From positions 1-35,683 of the forward strand of contig NIVC01002597.1 of NCBI GenBank assembly GCA_002269645.1: a stretch of DNA of 35,683 bases. Reading direction: 5' to 3'. Shown in pieces: positions 1-11,739 of the stretch. The stretch comes from Macrostomum lignano. Taxonomy: Eukaryota. Position numbers and translations under genes: made by a program. The notes beneath the pieces are model-generated. The model was given only the letters and a program-made list of their open reading frames with translations, did no database searches and had not been told where the DNA came from. Numbering within the stretch: the stretch's first letter is position 1; each line of letters begins with the position of its first letter.

Positions 1-83
1 GGTGCGGGCAACGTTCTGGTGGGCTCCGATGTCGTCGCTGTACGGAGGCCGCCTTCAGAAAGAATGGCAGAGCCTCTGAGAAT
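1..83 (-). CDS. TMTC3: TMTC3 exon 3 (partial, runs off window); start of the TPR region
   Basis: Acceptor cctcccccgcag|A at 84/83, phase 2, matching the donor at 1371. Translates (K)FSEALPFFLKAASVQ-[1 stray base]-DDIGAHQNVART, matching the TMTC3 motif QPDDIGAHMNVGRT. The frame breaks near position 37. Confidence 0.8.
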   Translation of the reverse strand, partial: MLRGSAILSEGGLRTATTSEPTRTLPA

Positions 84-143
84 CTGCGGGGGAGGGGCGA
101 CTGGCGACTGTAAAGACGATAACGGGTGCTGGAGCTTCAGTCC

Positions 144-560
144 CGTGTCTTTGTTATCCCAGAAACCTGAGCACCGTGTCTTTGTTATCCCAGAAACCTG
201 AGCACCGTGTCTTTGTTATCACAGAAACCTGAGCACCGTGTCTTTGTTATCCCAGAAACCTGAGCACCGTGTCTTTGTTATCCCAGAAACCTGAGCACCG
301 TGTCTTTGTTATCCCAGAAACCTGAGCACCGTGTCTTTTGTTATCCCAGAAACCTGAGCACCGTGTCTTTATTATCCAGAAACCTGAGCCGTGTCTTTGT
401 TATCCCAGAAACCTGAGCACCGTGTCTTTGTTATCCCAGAAACCTGAGCACCGTGTCTTTGTTATCCAGAAACCTGAGCACCGTGTCTTGTTATCCCAGA
501 AACCTGAGCACCGTGTCTTGTTATCCCAGAAACCTGAACACCGTGTCTTTGTTATCCCGG
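144..560. repeat. 31-bp minisatellite, ~13 copies (cgtgtctttgttatcccagaaacctgagcac), in TMTC3 intron 2
   Basis: Period measured directly (gcacc at 171 and 202). Scattered 1-2 bp indels in the right-hand copies. Confidence 0.95.
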
Positions 561-585
561 ACACTTGAGTCCCGTTCTTTATTAT

Positions 586-1297
586 CCGGACACCTCAGTC
601 CTGTGGTGCCACCTGACTCCCGGACACCTCAGTCCTGTGGTGCCACCTGACTCCCGGACACCTCAGTCCTGTGGTGCCACCTGACTCCCGGACACCTCAG
701 TCCTGTGGTGCCACCTGACTCCCGGACACCTCAGTCCTGTGGTGCCACCTGACTCCCGACACCTCAGTCCTGTGGTCACCTGACTCCCGGACACCTCAGT
801 CCTGTGGTGCCACCTGACTCCCGGACACCTCAGTCCTGTGGTGCCACCTGACTCCCGGACACCTCAGTCCTGTGGTGCCACCTGACTCCTGGACACCTCA
901 GTCCTGTGGTGCCACCTGACTCCCGGACACCTCAGTCCTGTGGTGCCACCTGACTCCCGGACACCTCAGTCCTGTGGTGCCACCTGACTCCTGGACACCT
1001 CAGTCCTGTGGTGCCACCTGACTCCTGGACACCTCAGTCCTGTGGTGCCACCTGACTCCCGGACACCTCAGTCCTGTGGTGCCACCTGACTCCCGGACAC
1101 CTCAGTCCTGTGGTGCCACCTGACTCCCGGACACCTCAGTCCTGTGGTGCCACCTGACTCCCGGACACCTCAGTCCTGTGGTGCCACCTGACTCCCGGAC
1201 ACCTCAGTCCTGTGGTGCCACCTGACTCCTGGACACCTCAGTCCTGTGGTGCCACCTGACTCCCGGACACCTCAGTCCTGTGGTGCCACCTGACTCC
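586..1297. repeat. 34-bp minisatellite, ~21 copies (ccggacacctcagtcctgtggtgccacctgactc), in TMTC3 intron 2
   Basis: Period measured directly (gga at 588 and 622). Copies are near-identical. Confidence 0.95.
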
Positions 1298-1370
1298 CAT
1301 GTACTACGGACTATATAACCAGAATCAATGTAGAATCGAATCGCATCAACACAAGCACAGAAATACTCAC

Positions 1371-2165
1371 TTCTCAATTTTCTCCAAACTGTGACCCACA
1401 TTGTTCCACAGCTTAGCATTGTTGGGATTAACTCGGCACAGCAGATGTAAACAGCGAATATTCGTCTTTCCAATCGCAATTTCTGCACAGAGTTTTGCCG
1501 GAAAACGCTATCAGAGTCAGCAGCAGACCAAGCCGGCAGACAGACTCAGGCAGTCTGTGACGCAGCCGGTCGTAGCCAAGCCCAACTAGCAGGCAGAATC
1601 CCATACTAGGCAGGTACAATACCCGTTCGGCAATGACAAATCCCACTGGGAAGAACAGGTTGGAGGCCGGCAGGAACGGCAGGGCCAGCATAGCCAGGCC
1701 CAGTCCCACTGGCCAGTTAGCCCTGGACCGGAGCGCCACCCAGACCAGGCCCAGCAGCCAGGCGTAGAATGCCAGCACCAGGGCAGCCAGGTGCGGCTGG
1801 GTCAGCGGAGACTCGAACAGCGGCACGGAGCCCATGGTCCAATCGGCGCACAGAGGCCAGGGCAGCAGCAAAAGCAGCAGATTCAACGGCAGCAGAAGAT
1901 TAAAGGTTAATTGTCTAGTAGGAGTTGGCGAATGCGCGGCCGGATTATCGAATCGAGTGAACACCGGCAGCTGGGCGCCCATGACTCGAATCCGGGCCCA
2001 CATCAGGCCTGCGGTGGCGCCTAGCAGCAGGGCGCAGCGCGCCAGACTGCGGCGGGACCAGGGCAGCTGGCCGGTTGAGAAGGCGGCCACCAGCTGGCCG
2101 AGGGTGATGCCACGCCTAGCAACGTAGAGCTCGTGGAATGCGCACACGGCTACCACTGTGATGGC
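1371..2165 (-). CDS. TMTC3: TMTC3 exon 2 (transmembrane/DUF1736 region), with a +1 frameshift at ~1435
   Basis: Acceptor ctccag|GCC at 2166/2165 joins CKEQ to AITVV. Contains FTRFDNPAA, LCADWTMGSVPL and PFLPASNLFFPVGFVIAERVLYLPSMGFC. After the extra C the frame reads RVNPNNAKLWNNVGHSLE. Donor AA|gtgagt at 1371/1370. Confidence 0.92.
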
Positions 2166-2254
2166 CTGGAGCGGCATTAGCGTTATGGTTATTGCTAATT
2201 GATGCCCTCATTTGTGCGCTTCGGCTCTTACCTTGGATTTAACTTTAGTATCAT

Positions 2255-2575
2255 GACCCCTGCATGTCTATTCTACCGCACCTGTATTTACCTGATTCCT
2301 GGATGTCTATTCTACCGCATCTGCATTTACCTGATTCCTGGATGTTATTCTACCGCATCTGTATTTACCTGACTCCTGGATGTCTATTCTACCGCACCTG
2401 TATTTACCTGACCCCTGCATGTCTATTCTACCGCACCTGTATTTACATGATTCCTGGATGTCTATTCTACCGCACCTGTATTTACATGATTCCTGGATGT
2501 CTATTCTACCGCACCTGTATTTACATGATCCCTGCATTTGTTCCACACCTCTGTTTACATGATCCCCGCATCCAT
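2255..2575. repeat. 39-bp minisatellite, ~8 copies, in TMTC3 intron 1
   Basis: atgtcta at 2264 and 2303 gives a 39-bp period. Unit approximately gatgtctattctaccgcacctgtatttacctgattcctg. Confidence 0.93.
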
Positions 2576-2732
2576 ATCATAATTCTATCTTAAACAAAGT
2601 TTAAGTCTATCTAGACCCAATTTACCCTAAAAGCCAACTAACTGATTACCGTTGCACCAAAGTCACTCCAAGCCAATTCTCTTCCTCAAATATAGTGTAA
2701 AATATCGCTCCCACAAGAGTTGAGCAAGTCAC

Positions 2733-3353
2733 CTGCTCCTTGCACAGGGTGCCCAGAGCGGCATACAGCACGGCTAGCCAGACGCCAGAGTAGTCGCGTC
2801 TAGCAGCGAAGGCCCTCAATGCCAGAAGGAACAGTGCGGCAGACAGCAGCTCCGCCCGGCCAACAACCCCAGCTACGGCCTCCGTGTGCACCGGGTGCAA
2901 GGCGAACAAGTAGGCAGCAACAGCGCTGGCCCGCTCTTCAACAATGCCGCTCAACAGGGCGCGACAAGCGGCTAGAAACATAGCAGAGACGAGAGCGTGC
3001 AGGCCCACATTGCCCAGATGATAGCCGAACGGGGCCAGCTCAGCCAATGCGTAGTTCAATCTAAACGTGAGCACAGTCAGCGGCCTGTAGGATTTGTGCG
3101 ACTTCTCCTCGGCCATCGGGGTGCCCCAGAAATCGTTGCGAAACAGCTGCGTCCAGGGCACGTGCGGCCGAAGGTCTTTGTTGTCGCGAACTGCTGAGGC
3201 GTCATCGAACACAAAGTCGCAGTGCAGGCTGGTGACGTAGCAGGCAGCGGCTAGGATGGTCACGTACACCATGTGGTGATCGAATTTGACGCCAGACTCT
3301 TCAGCTTCATCGCTATGTGATGAGGACGATTTTGGCTTGCCAGAGGTAGGCAT
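2733..3353 (-). CDS. TMTC3: TMTC3 exon 1 (protein O-mannosyltransferase, N-terminal luminal loop and TM helices)
   Basis: ATG at 3353. Contains [43 protein letters not shown] and LCKEQ. Donor cag|gtgact at 2733/2732. Length 621 nt, phase 0. Confidence 0.93.
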
Positions 3354-4615
3354 CTTGTATTGTATTTGGCATGCAATAATTGTGCACAAAAGTTTTAGAT
3401 TTTTGAAAACTTCTGTATTGCATTTCACAGTATTGTGGTTCAGGCAATATACACTGGCCATGCGAATTATGTACACCCAATATACTAAAAATAGTTTGTC
3501 AGTATCTTTTTAACTAAGAGTGCAACTTAATTGGTTCCAGATACAACCTAGTTTACTTCAATATGAGTAGTTCAGTTGAAAATTCTTTCTTGTTATTATA
3601 TTTCTTTTTTCCTTTTACTGCATTGTCTATTTGTGTTTTCTTTTTTCATTTATTCTCTTATTTTCTCTTTTATTTTGCTTGATTATTACACTTTATTTTG
3701 TCTCTTCACTTTGGGGAGGAGGTTCAAGATTGTGACTTACACATTTCATCTGGCTAGTTTGGCTAGGTATTGCATATATATGATGGCAAGTCTAGTAATA
3801 ACTTCCATTTAAATGAACAGCTGCTTTTACAAAGTTTGTCTCAAAATGGTCATGATTTTAATTTTTTATCATAGGTTCAAAATCAGCTTAATTTAATAGG
3901 CTTTTTTGAAAATAGAATGTTTATTTATCAGTTTAAATTTACTTGCATACACTTGTATACTTTTATTTACTTTATATACTTTTTATGTTCATTTCATGCC
4001 TACTACAAATGTTAATACTTATATCTATATCTACAATATGTTAGGGGTCAGATAATATCAAAATTTTGAGATTTTTGAGACTCTTGAGACTCTAGAGAAA
4101 GAATCTATACTTTTGAGACAATCAAAATTCAAGATCAAGCCTAATTAACATCTAATATGCCTATTTATACTATTTTATCTATCATTACCAATACTTTTAT
4201 TTGTTAAATGTGTACAATGATAATAATAGAAAAAAACTATCATTAATATATAATATTAACCTTAGTAGCTTGATGTAATGATGTATATCATTTATCATAT
4301 ATAAATATATTAATATTGTAGTCATAAACATAATAGGCCCTAGTCACATAGTCACAAATTTTGACTTTTTGAGATTTCAAAACCAAGATTAATATTTTAA
4401 ACAGTGCCAAGATCTTGACAATCAAGATTGAAATTAAGATCTTATCCAATCCTTATATATAATATATTTATTTATTGCTTTTGGAATAGCCTATTTTAAC
4501 ATAGATAATAAGCATTACATATGTAATACCCAGCCAAGCTAGTTGATCTAGCTGGCTAGCAAAGGCCTATCTCAAATATAGATGGTACTAACTAGGTGAT
4601 AAGGCATTTAGCTAT

Positions 4616-4619
<4 letters not shown>

Positions 4620-4673
<54 letters not shown>
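4620..4673. repeat. (TA)n microsatellite
   Basis: Uninterrupted TA run of about 27 units. Confidence 0.97.
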
Positions 4674-4676
<3 letters not shown>

Positions 4677-6513
4677 TAATTATTCCTATTATTTACCCAA
4701 CATTATGTTAGGGAAAAGGCTAATTTTTGCTTAAGTTTCTTTTATATATAAGTTACATGACTAGTTTAAATCAGGGGAGGGGGCATTCTATACAAGTGGG
4801 ATAATCTACAAGTGGGAAAATTTTTATAAAGAAATAATATATGCATATATGGCAGTGCCAGTATGCAATATAAGCCTAACAAACTGTAGGACCTAGGGCC
4901 TAATAGCTAGGCCCCCTAGCAATATCATAGACATAGGTCTAGGCCTACCCATAGTACAAACATAAAAAAATGAAAAAAATTATGCATAGGCCTAATTTAA
5001 TATATAATTATTCTATATCAAATAACATTCAAAAAAAATATTTATGCTTGTGTAAAGGCCTAGCCTAACTTAGGCCATTTGCAAAATATTTTCTATTAAT
5101 TGCACATAGTATAGACCTAGAATAAGAATAGGGCCTATTTTATTATATTGATCTTGAAAATATTACATTTATAATGATCTGATCTTAATGAATTACTAAT
5201 GATATTTAAAAGAAAACATAATAGGCCTAGGCCTAACTAGATATAGGCCTAGTTTTTACTTTTGATTTTGACTAGAGCCTTGCAAAGCCATATAAGCCCA
5301 GGGGGCTTAAACCTTTTTTAATTCGACTAGGCTTTATTAAGCCTACCATCTTGCCACTAGGTCTAAGCTTGACTTATGACTGCTTACCAATATTATAGAT
5401 ATAGACCCTAGGCCTAGGCCCAGGGTAGCTAGGGCCTAGCCCTAATAACTTAGGCTATTGCCGCCTAGGCCTATTCACAATCACCTTTACGCCTAATAAT
5501 CTATAAAGGGCCTATATATAGGCACTAGGCTGGGCATTGTCATGGTTTGAAAGGCCTATGCCCTAGCCCTATGGCCTATAGCCTTAGGCCTAACTAACTA
5601 AGCTAGGCCTACCTGGACTAACCTGGTCCTTTTTTTCTATGAGAATAGTAGGCCTGTCTCTCTCACTGACATTGTCTAAGGCATAGCTTGCCTGCTAGAA
5701 AAATGATCATTTCACAAACCCTAATTTTCACAACATTGAAACCAGAACCTTTCATAAGACCTATATTTCATAAACCTAATTTTCACAACGTCAAAAGTAA
5801 GCAATGCAGCAATTTTCGGCGATCGATCTGCACCGATCTGTTTCGCGATATTATTTTCGAGTTTGAAACAGTGCGTCAACATAGGGCCTTTTCATATTGC
5901 TTGCTCTGGTTCCAGAACCAGAACCAATTTGTGAAAGTATAACTTTTTGTCTCCATAACTAGAGGGAAATACGTGCTATAAAGTTTTTATTATTGAATGA
6001 CAATCGCCAACCCAAGAAGAAAGTGAAAAATTGTGCTAAGTTAGGTTGTTAAGGCAGTCAAATATTAACAGAGTTTAATAGTTATACTGCTGTTTTTCTT
6101 GGAATTCCGAACCGATTCTGGTTCTGGAATTGGTAATATGAAAAGGCCCAGGGAGCCTCTTCACGGCAATCGGTTCTAGAACCAGAATAAATTCGAGTTC
6201 TAGAACCAGAACCAGTGTGAAATGAGGAGCTTCGAACCCATTTTAAGTTTGACAGTCTTTACAATTTAATTTTGTAGTTCTTTGACTTTGTTTCCTCTTG
6301 GATATGACAAAAAAAGGAATAATTATATAACAACAATAAAAAATTGACGATTTCAAATATATTTTACTGTTAGTGTAAACATGACAACGGTTCGAGAAAA
6401 TTTCTCAAACCATATTCTAGAACCAGAACCATGTTCCGGAACTGATTCTGTTTTTCGAATTGGCGATATGAAGAGGCTCAGGGCCTACCTACAGCCAAAA
6501 GGGATACAAAATA

Positions 6514-6856
6514 GAGTCTAATAAGTAACAGTAACAGTTAAGGGACAGAAAACGCTGACATATGTCGCATAGAAATTGATGCCAGTCTACTACTGTTGTG
6601 TGCGAAGTGCAAAACTCCCAGCTGGGCCACCTGGTCAACAGACCTGTGCTCCAGGGACCACAATGTAGGTTCAGCAGTTCTGCCGCAGGCCGTACCTAAT
6701 TTGGTGGCACAATAAAACTTGGTGCTGCTGGTCGACCAGCCATGTTAAAGAAATTCGTGCAAATACGAGAGCGAGAGTCTAAGTGAAGTCAGTGAAATCA
6801 GAATGTCTTTAACAGTGTTACTGTCACTGTAACTGTTACTGTTAGTTGTCTGACTC
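6514..6856. mobile_element. Putative MITE (~340 bp)
   Basis: Perfect 15-bp inverted repeat taacagtaacagtta (6526-6540) / taactgttactgtta (6830-6844), with an outer gagtc/gactc pair. No TSD found. Confidence 0.4.
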
Positions 6857-7257
6857 ACAAGACCTAAATTTCTCAACGTCATGGCAATGGCTAGAGTTCC
6901 GGCACCGGAACCCATTTTCTAACGGCTACGGATCCGGCAGTGCCATTATAATATAGATAGAACATTATATTTTTCTTTCTACAGGTGGCTGATATTGAGA
7001 TTTTGTTCTAGATTAAGATTTAAGACGATATGATAAGATTCGGGACGAGATGCTTCTAATATTCAAACTTCTTAAGATATGTTCTTAGCAGTCTTTATAT
7101 GCTATGTCTTTATATGGCGTGCATATTCTGCTACTGCATGCACTATAGTTTTTATAGTCTTCTGATTAAGCTTCAGTCAGCAAGCAAATCAAGCTTTCTG
7201 GCTTGTACGAGCGATGGGCTCGGCATTCTAAAGCAAATCGAATCACCGTTAAAATTC

Positions 7258-7681
7258 CCTAGGCCTAGGTCGCAAATCATCCTCCATATTAGCAGGTGGC
7301 TCCATATCAGCAACAGCCATATGCAGCTCCACTGGAACAATTTCACCGACTACAGGCAAACTCGCGCGTTCTGCAAAGCCTAACCTGAACAGAAAAGTTT
7401 CTGAATACTCTGATCGCACTTTAAAAAAACCGACCTCAGGGAGATGTGCATGGTCCTAACCGGCTATGGATTCTTCCAGAGACATATCTCGTTGCGAACC
7501 GGTTTGCCCTCCCACATTATTTTCTGTGGCATGGAGAGGAGAGCATCACGTGACCTGTCCTAACTTCAAGGCGCGGCACAAACTTCGGCCAACAGCCTCA
7601 TGCAGTTAGATGGACGAGCTGAACATCCCAGACAACATCCGTGATCTTTGCGCCTTCGTCCGAGATTCCGGCCGGATGTAG
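7258..7681 (+). mobile_element. Degenerate 3' end of a non-LTR retrotransposon ORF2 (post-RNase H region with CCHC knuckle; I/R1/Loa-like)
   Basis: One frame reads [56 protein letters not shown]. After frameshifts it reads [15 protein letters not shown] and NIRDLCAFVRDSGRM*. This is the H..W...RQ..F / LTG.G...H / C..C..H..CP pattern of these LINE C-termini. Confidence 0.65.
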
Positions 7682-9687
7682 GTCGCCAATGCCTCCTCCC
7701 CTGCAAACCTGCCAATTACTGGTCTTTTTCTGTCCTGGGGGGGGGGGTTTCGGCCTAATCGCGGCGCCTGCGTTCTCCGCAAGTAGTAAGTAAGCCTTTG
7801 ATCGGCGCCAAGTGACTCGTAGACGATAGTAAATAAAAATCGGCCAGGACGGCTACGTTGACTTTTAAATCTATAAGGAGGGCAGTATCCTACGGACTTC
7901 TAATTCAAAGGCGAACAAAATAAGAAACTGAAGGCAAATAAAGAAACGAAGGATAATTTATGCCAAGTAACCAAGTAAAATAAGTAGCGCAGTGTTTACA
8001 CACAATTTGCAGTTCCATATTGTTTAGAAGTTCTCTGATCAGCATGAAACAGAAATATTTTAATGCATGCTCAAATCCAAGCAATAAATAAGATCAATTT
8101 GGGACTATAGAAAAGCGTAAAAATGACAAGATGACGCAAGAATTGACAACAGCCTGTCAGCTAGCTAACTGCAGAGAAAAATCATTGCTTAGCTTTGAAT
8201 AAACAATCTGCTAACAATCACGCAGTGTCATCCGGGAAGGGGAAGCGAGCTGGGGGGCAGAAGTTGAATGGAGCGCCAGCTAGATGAGTCAATTTGAATG
8301 CGTGTCTGTCTGTATATCTGCCTATCGACAAAGCAATAGAATTGAGAATTTGCTATCTATCTAGTCTCCTAGATATCTAATAAGCAACTCCATTGAATTT
8401 CAGCATCCCACAGGTTAAAGCTGTCGTCGCATGCACAAAACACAGGGGCACGTCAGTCATGCAAGTCACAATGTAACTCATCAGTGTGTCATTTTATTTC
8501 TTGAAGCATTTTAGTCAAAAAACATGAAATATATTATATTGAGCCTACAGATACTGGCATGGGGACCTCATGCCGTTAGTCCATGCAATACACAGGAACA
8601 GGCCATCATTAATTTACACAAAGTAAAGAGAAAAACAATAATAGCACCTGCAGATTAAGGTGTGCATTTTTGTAGTCGGTCAATAAAAAAGTAAAATTGA
8701 GAAACGTGGAGTCGGCGGTCTCGTGGCCTTGCAAAGCGGAGTAGACAATAAAAAAATAATTAATTAAATATGTTGGGAAATCCATGCGATAAGAGGTGAA
8801 GAAGCAGTCACTCAGTCATAGGCTTACAGTTTTGGTATAGATAAAGCTTTATTCATAGGCAATGATAATAACAGCTAGGCAGGCCAACCAGAGCGTGAAG
8901 CTACTTTCCAATTCAGTAGTATCTATCTCTGCTTCTTCCCCGTATCCTATTGGTCCATAGATCCGTCCAATCAGCGCCCCTGGCGTCTATCTAGTAGTAG
9001 GCCTAGTGGAATCTCTAACCCTGGTTTTATTGCTTAGTACATTAGCCGCGATTGCAAATGTACATAGCTTCTATCACGTGATTAGAATTTAAAATTGACC
9101 TTTCCTCAGCAAAAAGTAACTGTCTTATTTACTTGCTACTCAATGAAAAGTAGCAAAACTGGAATATCTAGTTTATTATCTTTGCTACATGCGTAAAGAG
9201 TTGCGGAATAAATGTGAAAAATAAAACATCATTAGTTTGATGAAATTGCGGGCAAAACACACACACAGAGCTTGTCATGGAGACATTAAATTTAAGCAAG
9301 CACATCCGACGCTTACTATGAGCGATTTCTATGCAAAGATGATCGATTTCCAGTTCGACCAATATTAAATATGCAATGCCACCAAATATGTGATAACAGA
9401 AAACAATCTAGAGCAAATATTTTGACAATGCTACTTATAAGTAGTTTGATGCAGATAGCACTAAGTAGTCAGTTTTTAGAGGCGTATATGAATTGCGCAG
9501 AATTGGTACAGAAACAGCCATTTGGACAGGTGTTAAATTAGATTTACAGAAAATCAATAGTTAAATAAATAAGCACATTAACACTCTCTGATTGACTGTG
9601 ACTGATTTGATCGAAGAAAGAGCACATAGATACTGATTTACTATTGTTACTATAAGTAGTGCGTTGGTAAAGCAAGAGCTGCAGCCG

Positions 9688-10269
9688 TCATTCCGGTGGC
9701 AGCAGGCCAATATTGGCGGCGAACTCCAGCAGGGCCAGGTGGCAGAACACGTACTGCTCGGCTGTCTGGATAGAGCCGGCTCGCTGTTCCCTCAGCTTCA
9801 GCACGGTGCCAAGCAGGTCCACCTCGCCGGTGTCAACCAGGCGCCGCATAGCGATGTCGACAGTCAGGAAGGTGCCAGTCCGCCCGATGCCAGCCGAGCA
9901 GTGCACCAGCACGGGGCCGCGGCGCTCCTTTGCCACGCTGCGAACTTGATCGAGGAATTTCAGGAAGGATCCGGCGGCGTGCGGGATGCCAAAGTCCGGC
10001 CAGCTGGTGAACTGCAGGTGAGTGACGCTCCGGCAGCTGTCACGCTGCGTTATCGTCAGCTCGGTAGTTACTAAATCCTCTTGATCGTCTACTGATTGAC
10101 ACGTGACTGTGACGTCGCCGTACGTCTGCGACTCGCCTGGCGACTTCGGCCAGTACAGCGCGCACTTGGTTCGCCTGCCCTCCACTAGGCGGGTTGTCAT
10201 GACGATGACGCCCACGTTGTTCTGCCAGACCATCGACCAGAAGTCCGGCACTGTGTGCGGCAGGGGGCC
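9688..10269 (-). CDS. PTPN9: PTPN9 last exon (PTP catalytic core)
   Basis: Acceptor ccacag|GGC at 10270/10269. Contains GPLPHTVPDFWSMVW, KCALYWP, WPDFG, VHCSAGIGRTG and IQTAEQY. Stop at 9688. Length 582 nt. Confidence 0.95.
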   Translation of the reverse strand, partial: GPLPHTVPDFWSMVWQNNVGVIVMTTRLVEGRRTKCALYWPKSPGESQTYGDVTVTCQSVDDQEDLVTTELTITQRDSCRSVTHLQFTSWPDFGIPHAAGSFLKFLDQVRSVAKERRGPVLVHCSAGIGRTGTFLTVDIAMRRLVDTGEVDLLGTVLKLREQRAGSIQTAEQYVFCHLALLEFAANIGLLPPE

Positions 10270-10317
10270 CTGTGGGGTTTGAGATAGGAACGGATTCGTG
10301 TGACCTGGAATTCGGAT

Positions 10318-10530
10318 TGGAGACACCTGGGATTCGGATTGGAGACACCTGGGATTCGGATTGGAGACACCTGGGATTTGGATAGGAGACACCTGGGATT
10401 TGGATTGGAGACACCTGGGATTTAGAATGGAGATACCTGGAATTCAGGATGGAGATACCTGGAATTTAGAATGGAGATACCTGGGATTCAGGATGGAGAT
10501 ACCTGGAATTTAGAATGGAGATACCTGGGA
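10318..10530. repeat. 22-bp minisatellite (~10 copies) filling most of the 284-bp PTPN9 intron 3
   Basis: Unit approximately ggagacacctgggattcggatt, grading to ggagatacctggaatttagaat. Confidence 0.92.
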
Positions 10531-10553
10531 CTCCAGACAGTCGTTGCCTTTAC

Positions 10554-11336
10554 CTGAGTGCAAATGTAGGCATTGGCCTGCTGGTAGCCATCCACCCAGT
10601 TGGCGTGCACATAATCCGAGTCACCGCCTTTCAGCCGCACCCGGCTAGCATCCAGACAGGGCACATCGGCGTACCGGTTCCTGTCCCGGTTGCGGCGAAA
10701 CGCGTCGCAAGGCCGGTCGCTGCCCCGGTCGGGGCCCAGCTTGCTGTTGAATTCCTCAACCAGGCCTTCCCGTTGCATAGCAGAGATGCGGGCAGCGAAG
10801 GCGGCCAGCGACATGCTTTTGCTTCGCGTATTGTTGTCGTCGTTGATTTTCGAGCCGCCGTCGCCGCTTCTCTTCTTCGACGGCGAATTGCCGCCGCTGC
10901 CGCCGCTGACGCCGCCGCCGTCGATGCTGGGTGACCGCTTCCGGCTGGAGCTGCCGTTGCCGCTGGCGCCGCTGGCGATGACAACGGAGTCCGTCATGCT
11001 GACGCTGCCGTCAAGCAGCCAGTCGCCGCCTCCGCCGCCGCCAACGCCTCGGCCAGTTCCGGCGCTGCCGGAATCGTCAGTAAGGCTGCTGGTGTCGGAG
11101 GCGGCGCCTGACCCAGATTGGAGCCCGCCGCCGACGCCGCCGCGAGTGAAATAATCGGGCGGCAGGGTGCGGCCCATTCGGCGGCAGGCCTCGCGCAGCC
11201 AGGCCTGGTGGTCGTGCGCCCGGGTGCCGCCCAGGCTGCCTGGCAGAACCTCCAGCGACAGGTGGCTGCTGATGGTGCTGCTGTTCACTATGAACACCCG
11301 GTCGCGTAGCTTTTCGCGCACGAACATCCGCAACAC
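10554..11336 (-). CDS. PTPN9: PTPN9 exon 3 (end of Sec14 domain, Gly/Ser-rich linker, start of PTP domain)
   Basis: Acceptor ctctcag|GTG at 11337/11336. Contains [38 protein letters not shown] and [18 protein letters not shown]. Donor cag|gtaaag at 10554/10553. Length 783 nt, phase 0. Confidence 0.94.
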
Positions 11337-11354
11337 CTGAGAGATGGCGAAAGA

Positions 11355-11376
11355 ATAGATAGATAGATAGATAGAC

Positions 11377-11416
<40 letters not shown>

Positions 11417-11521
11417 GGATAGATGGATAGATGGATAGATGGATAGATGGATAGATAGATAGATAGATAGATTGATAGATGGATAGATTGATAGATTGAT
11501 AGATGGATAGATGGATAGATG

Positions 11522-11556
<35 letters not shown>

Positions 11557-11704
11557 TGATAGATGGATAGATGGATAGATGGATAGATAGATAGATGGAT
11601 AGATGGATAGATGGATAGATGGATAGATGGATAGATAGATAGATAGATAGATAGACAGATAGATAGACAGGCAGACAGACAGGCAGACAGGCAGACAGAC
11701 AGGC

Positions 11705-11739
<35 letters not shown>

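Noticed and set aside
144-1297. CRISPR-like appearance of the 31/34-bp arrays and of the 13-8-13 sites
   Set aside because: The arrays have no unique spacers, the 8-nt spacers are far too short, there are no cas genes, and the context is eukaryotic introns.
3370-3382. caattattgcatg just upstream of TMTC3, resembling the 3' end of a flatworm spliced leader as I remember it
   Set aside because: Only 13 AT-rich nt, no similarity further 5', no donor or Sm site. Probably chance.
3478-3491. ccaatatactaaaa, same as the Helitron 5' motif, upstream of TMTC3
   Set aside because: No preceding A|T, no downstream similarity to the element body, and no 3' end found.
4043-4458. Possible hAT-type MITE (taggggtcagataatatc / taaggattggataagatc)
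   Set aside because: Only about 13 of 18 positions match in AT-rich DNA and there is no TSD.
8885-9030. Possible TIR element around opposed CCAAT motifs
   Set aside because: Inverted match limited to about 7 nt and no TSD.
9664-11309. Plus-strand and alternative-frame ORFs overlapping the PTPN9, TMTC3 and TTLL10 exons
   Set aside because: Expected shadow ORFs of GC-rich coding sequence, with no recognisable motifs.
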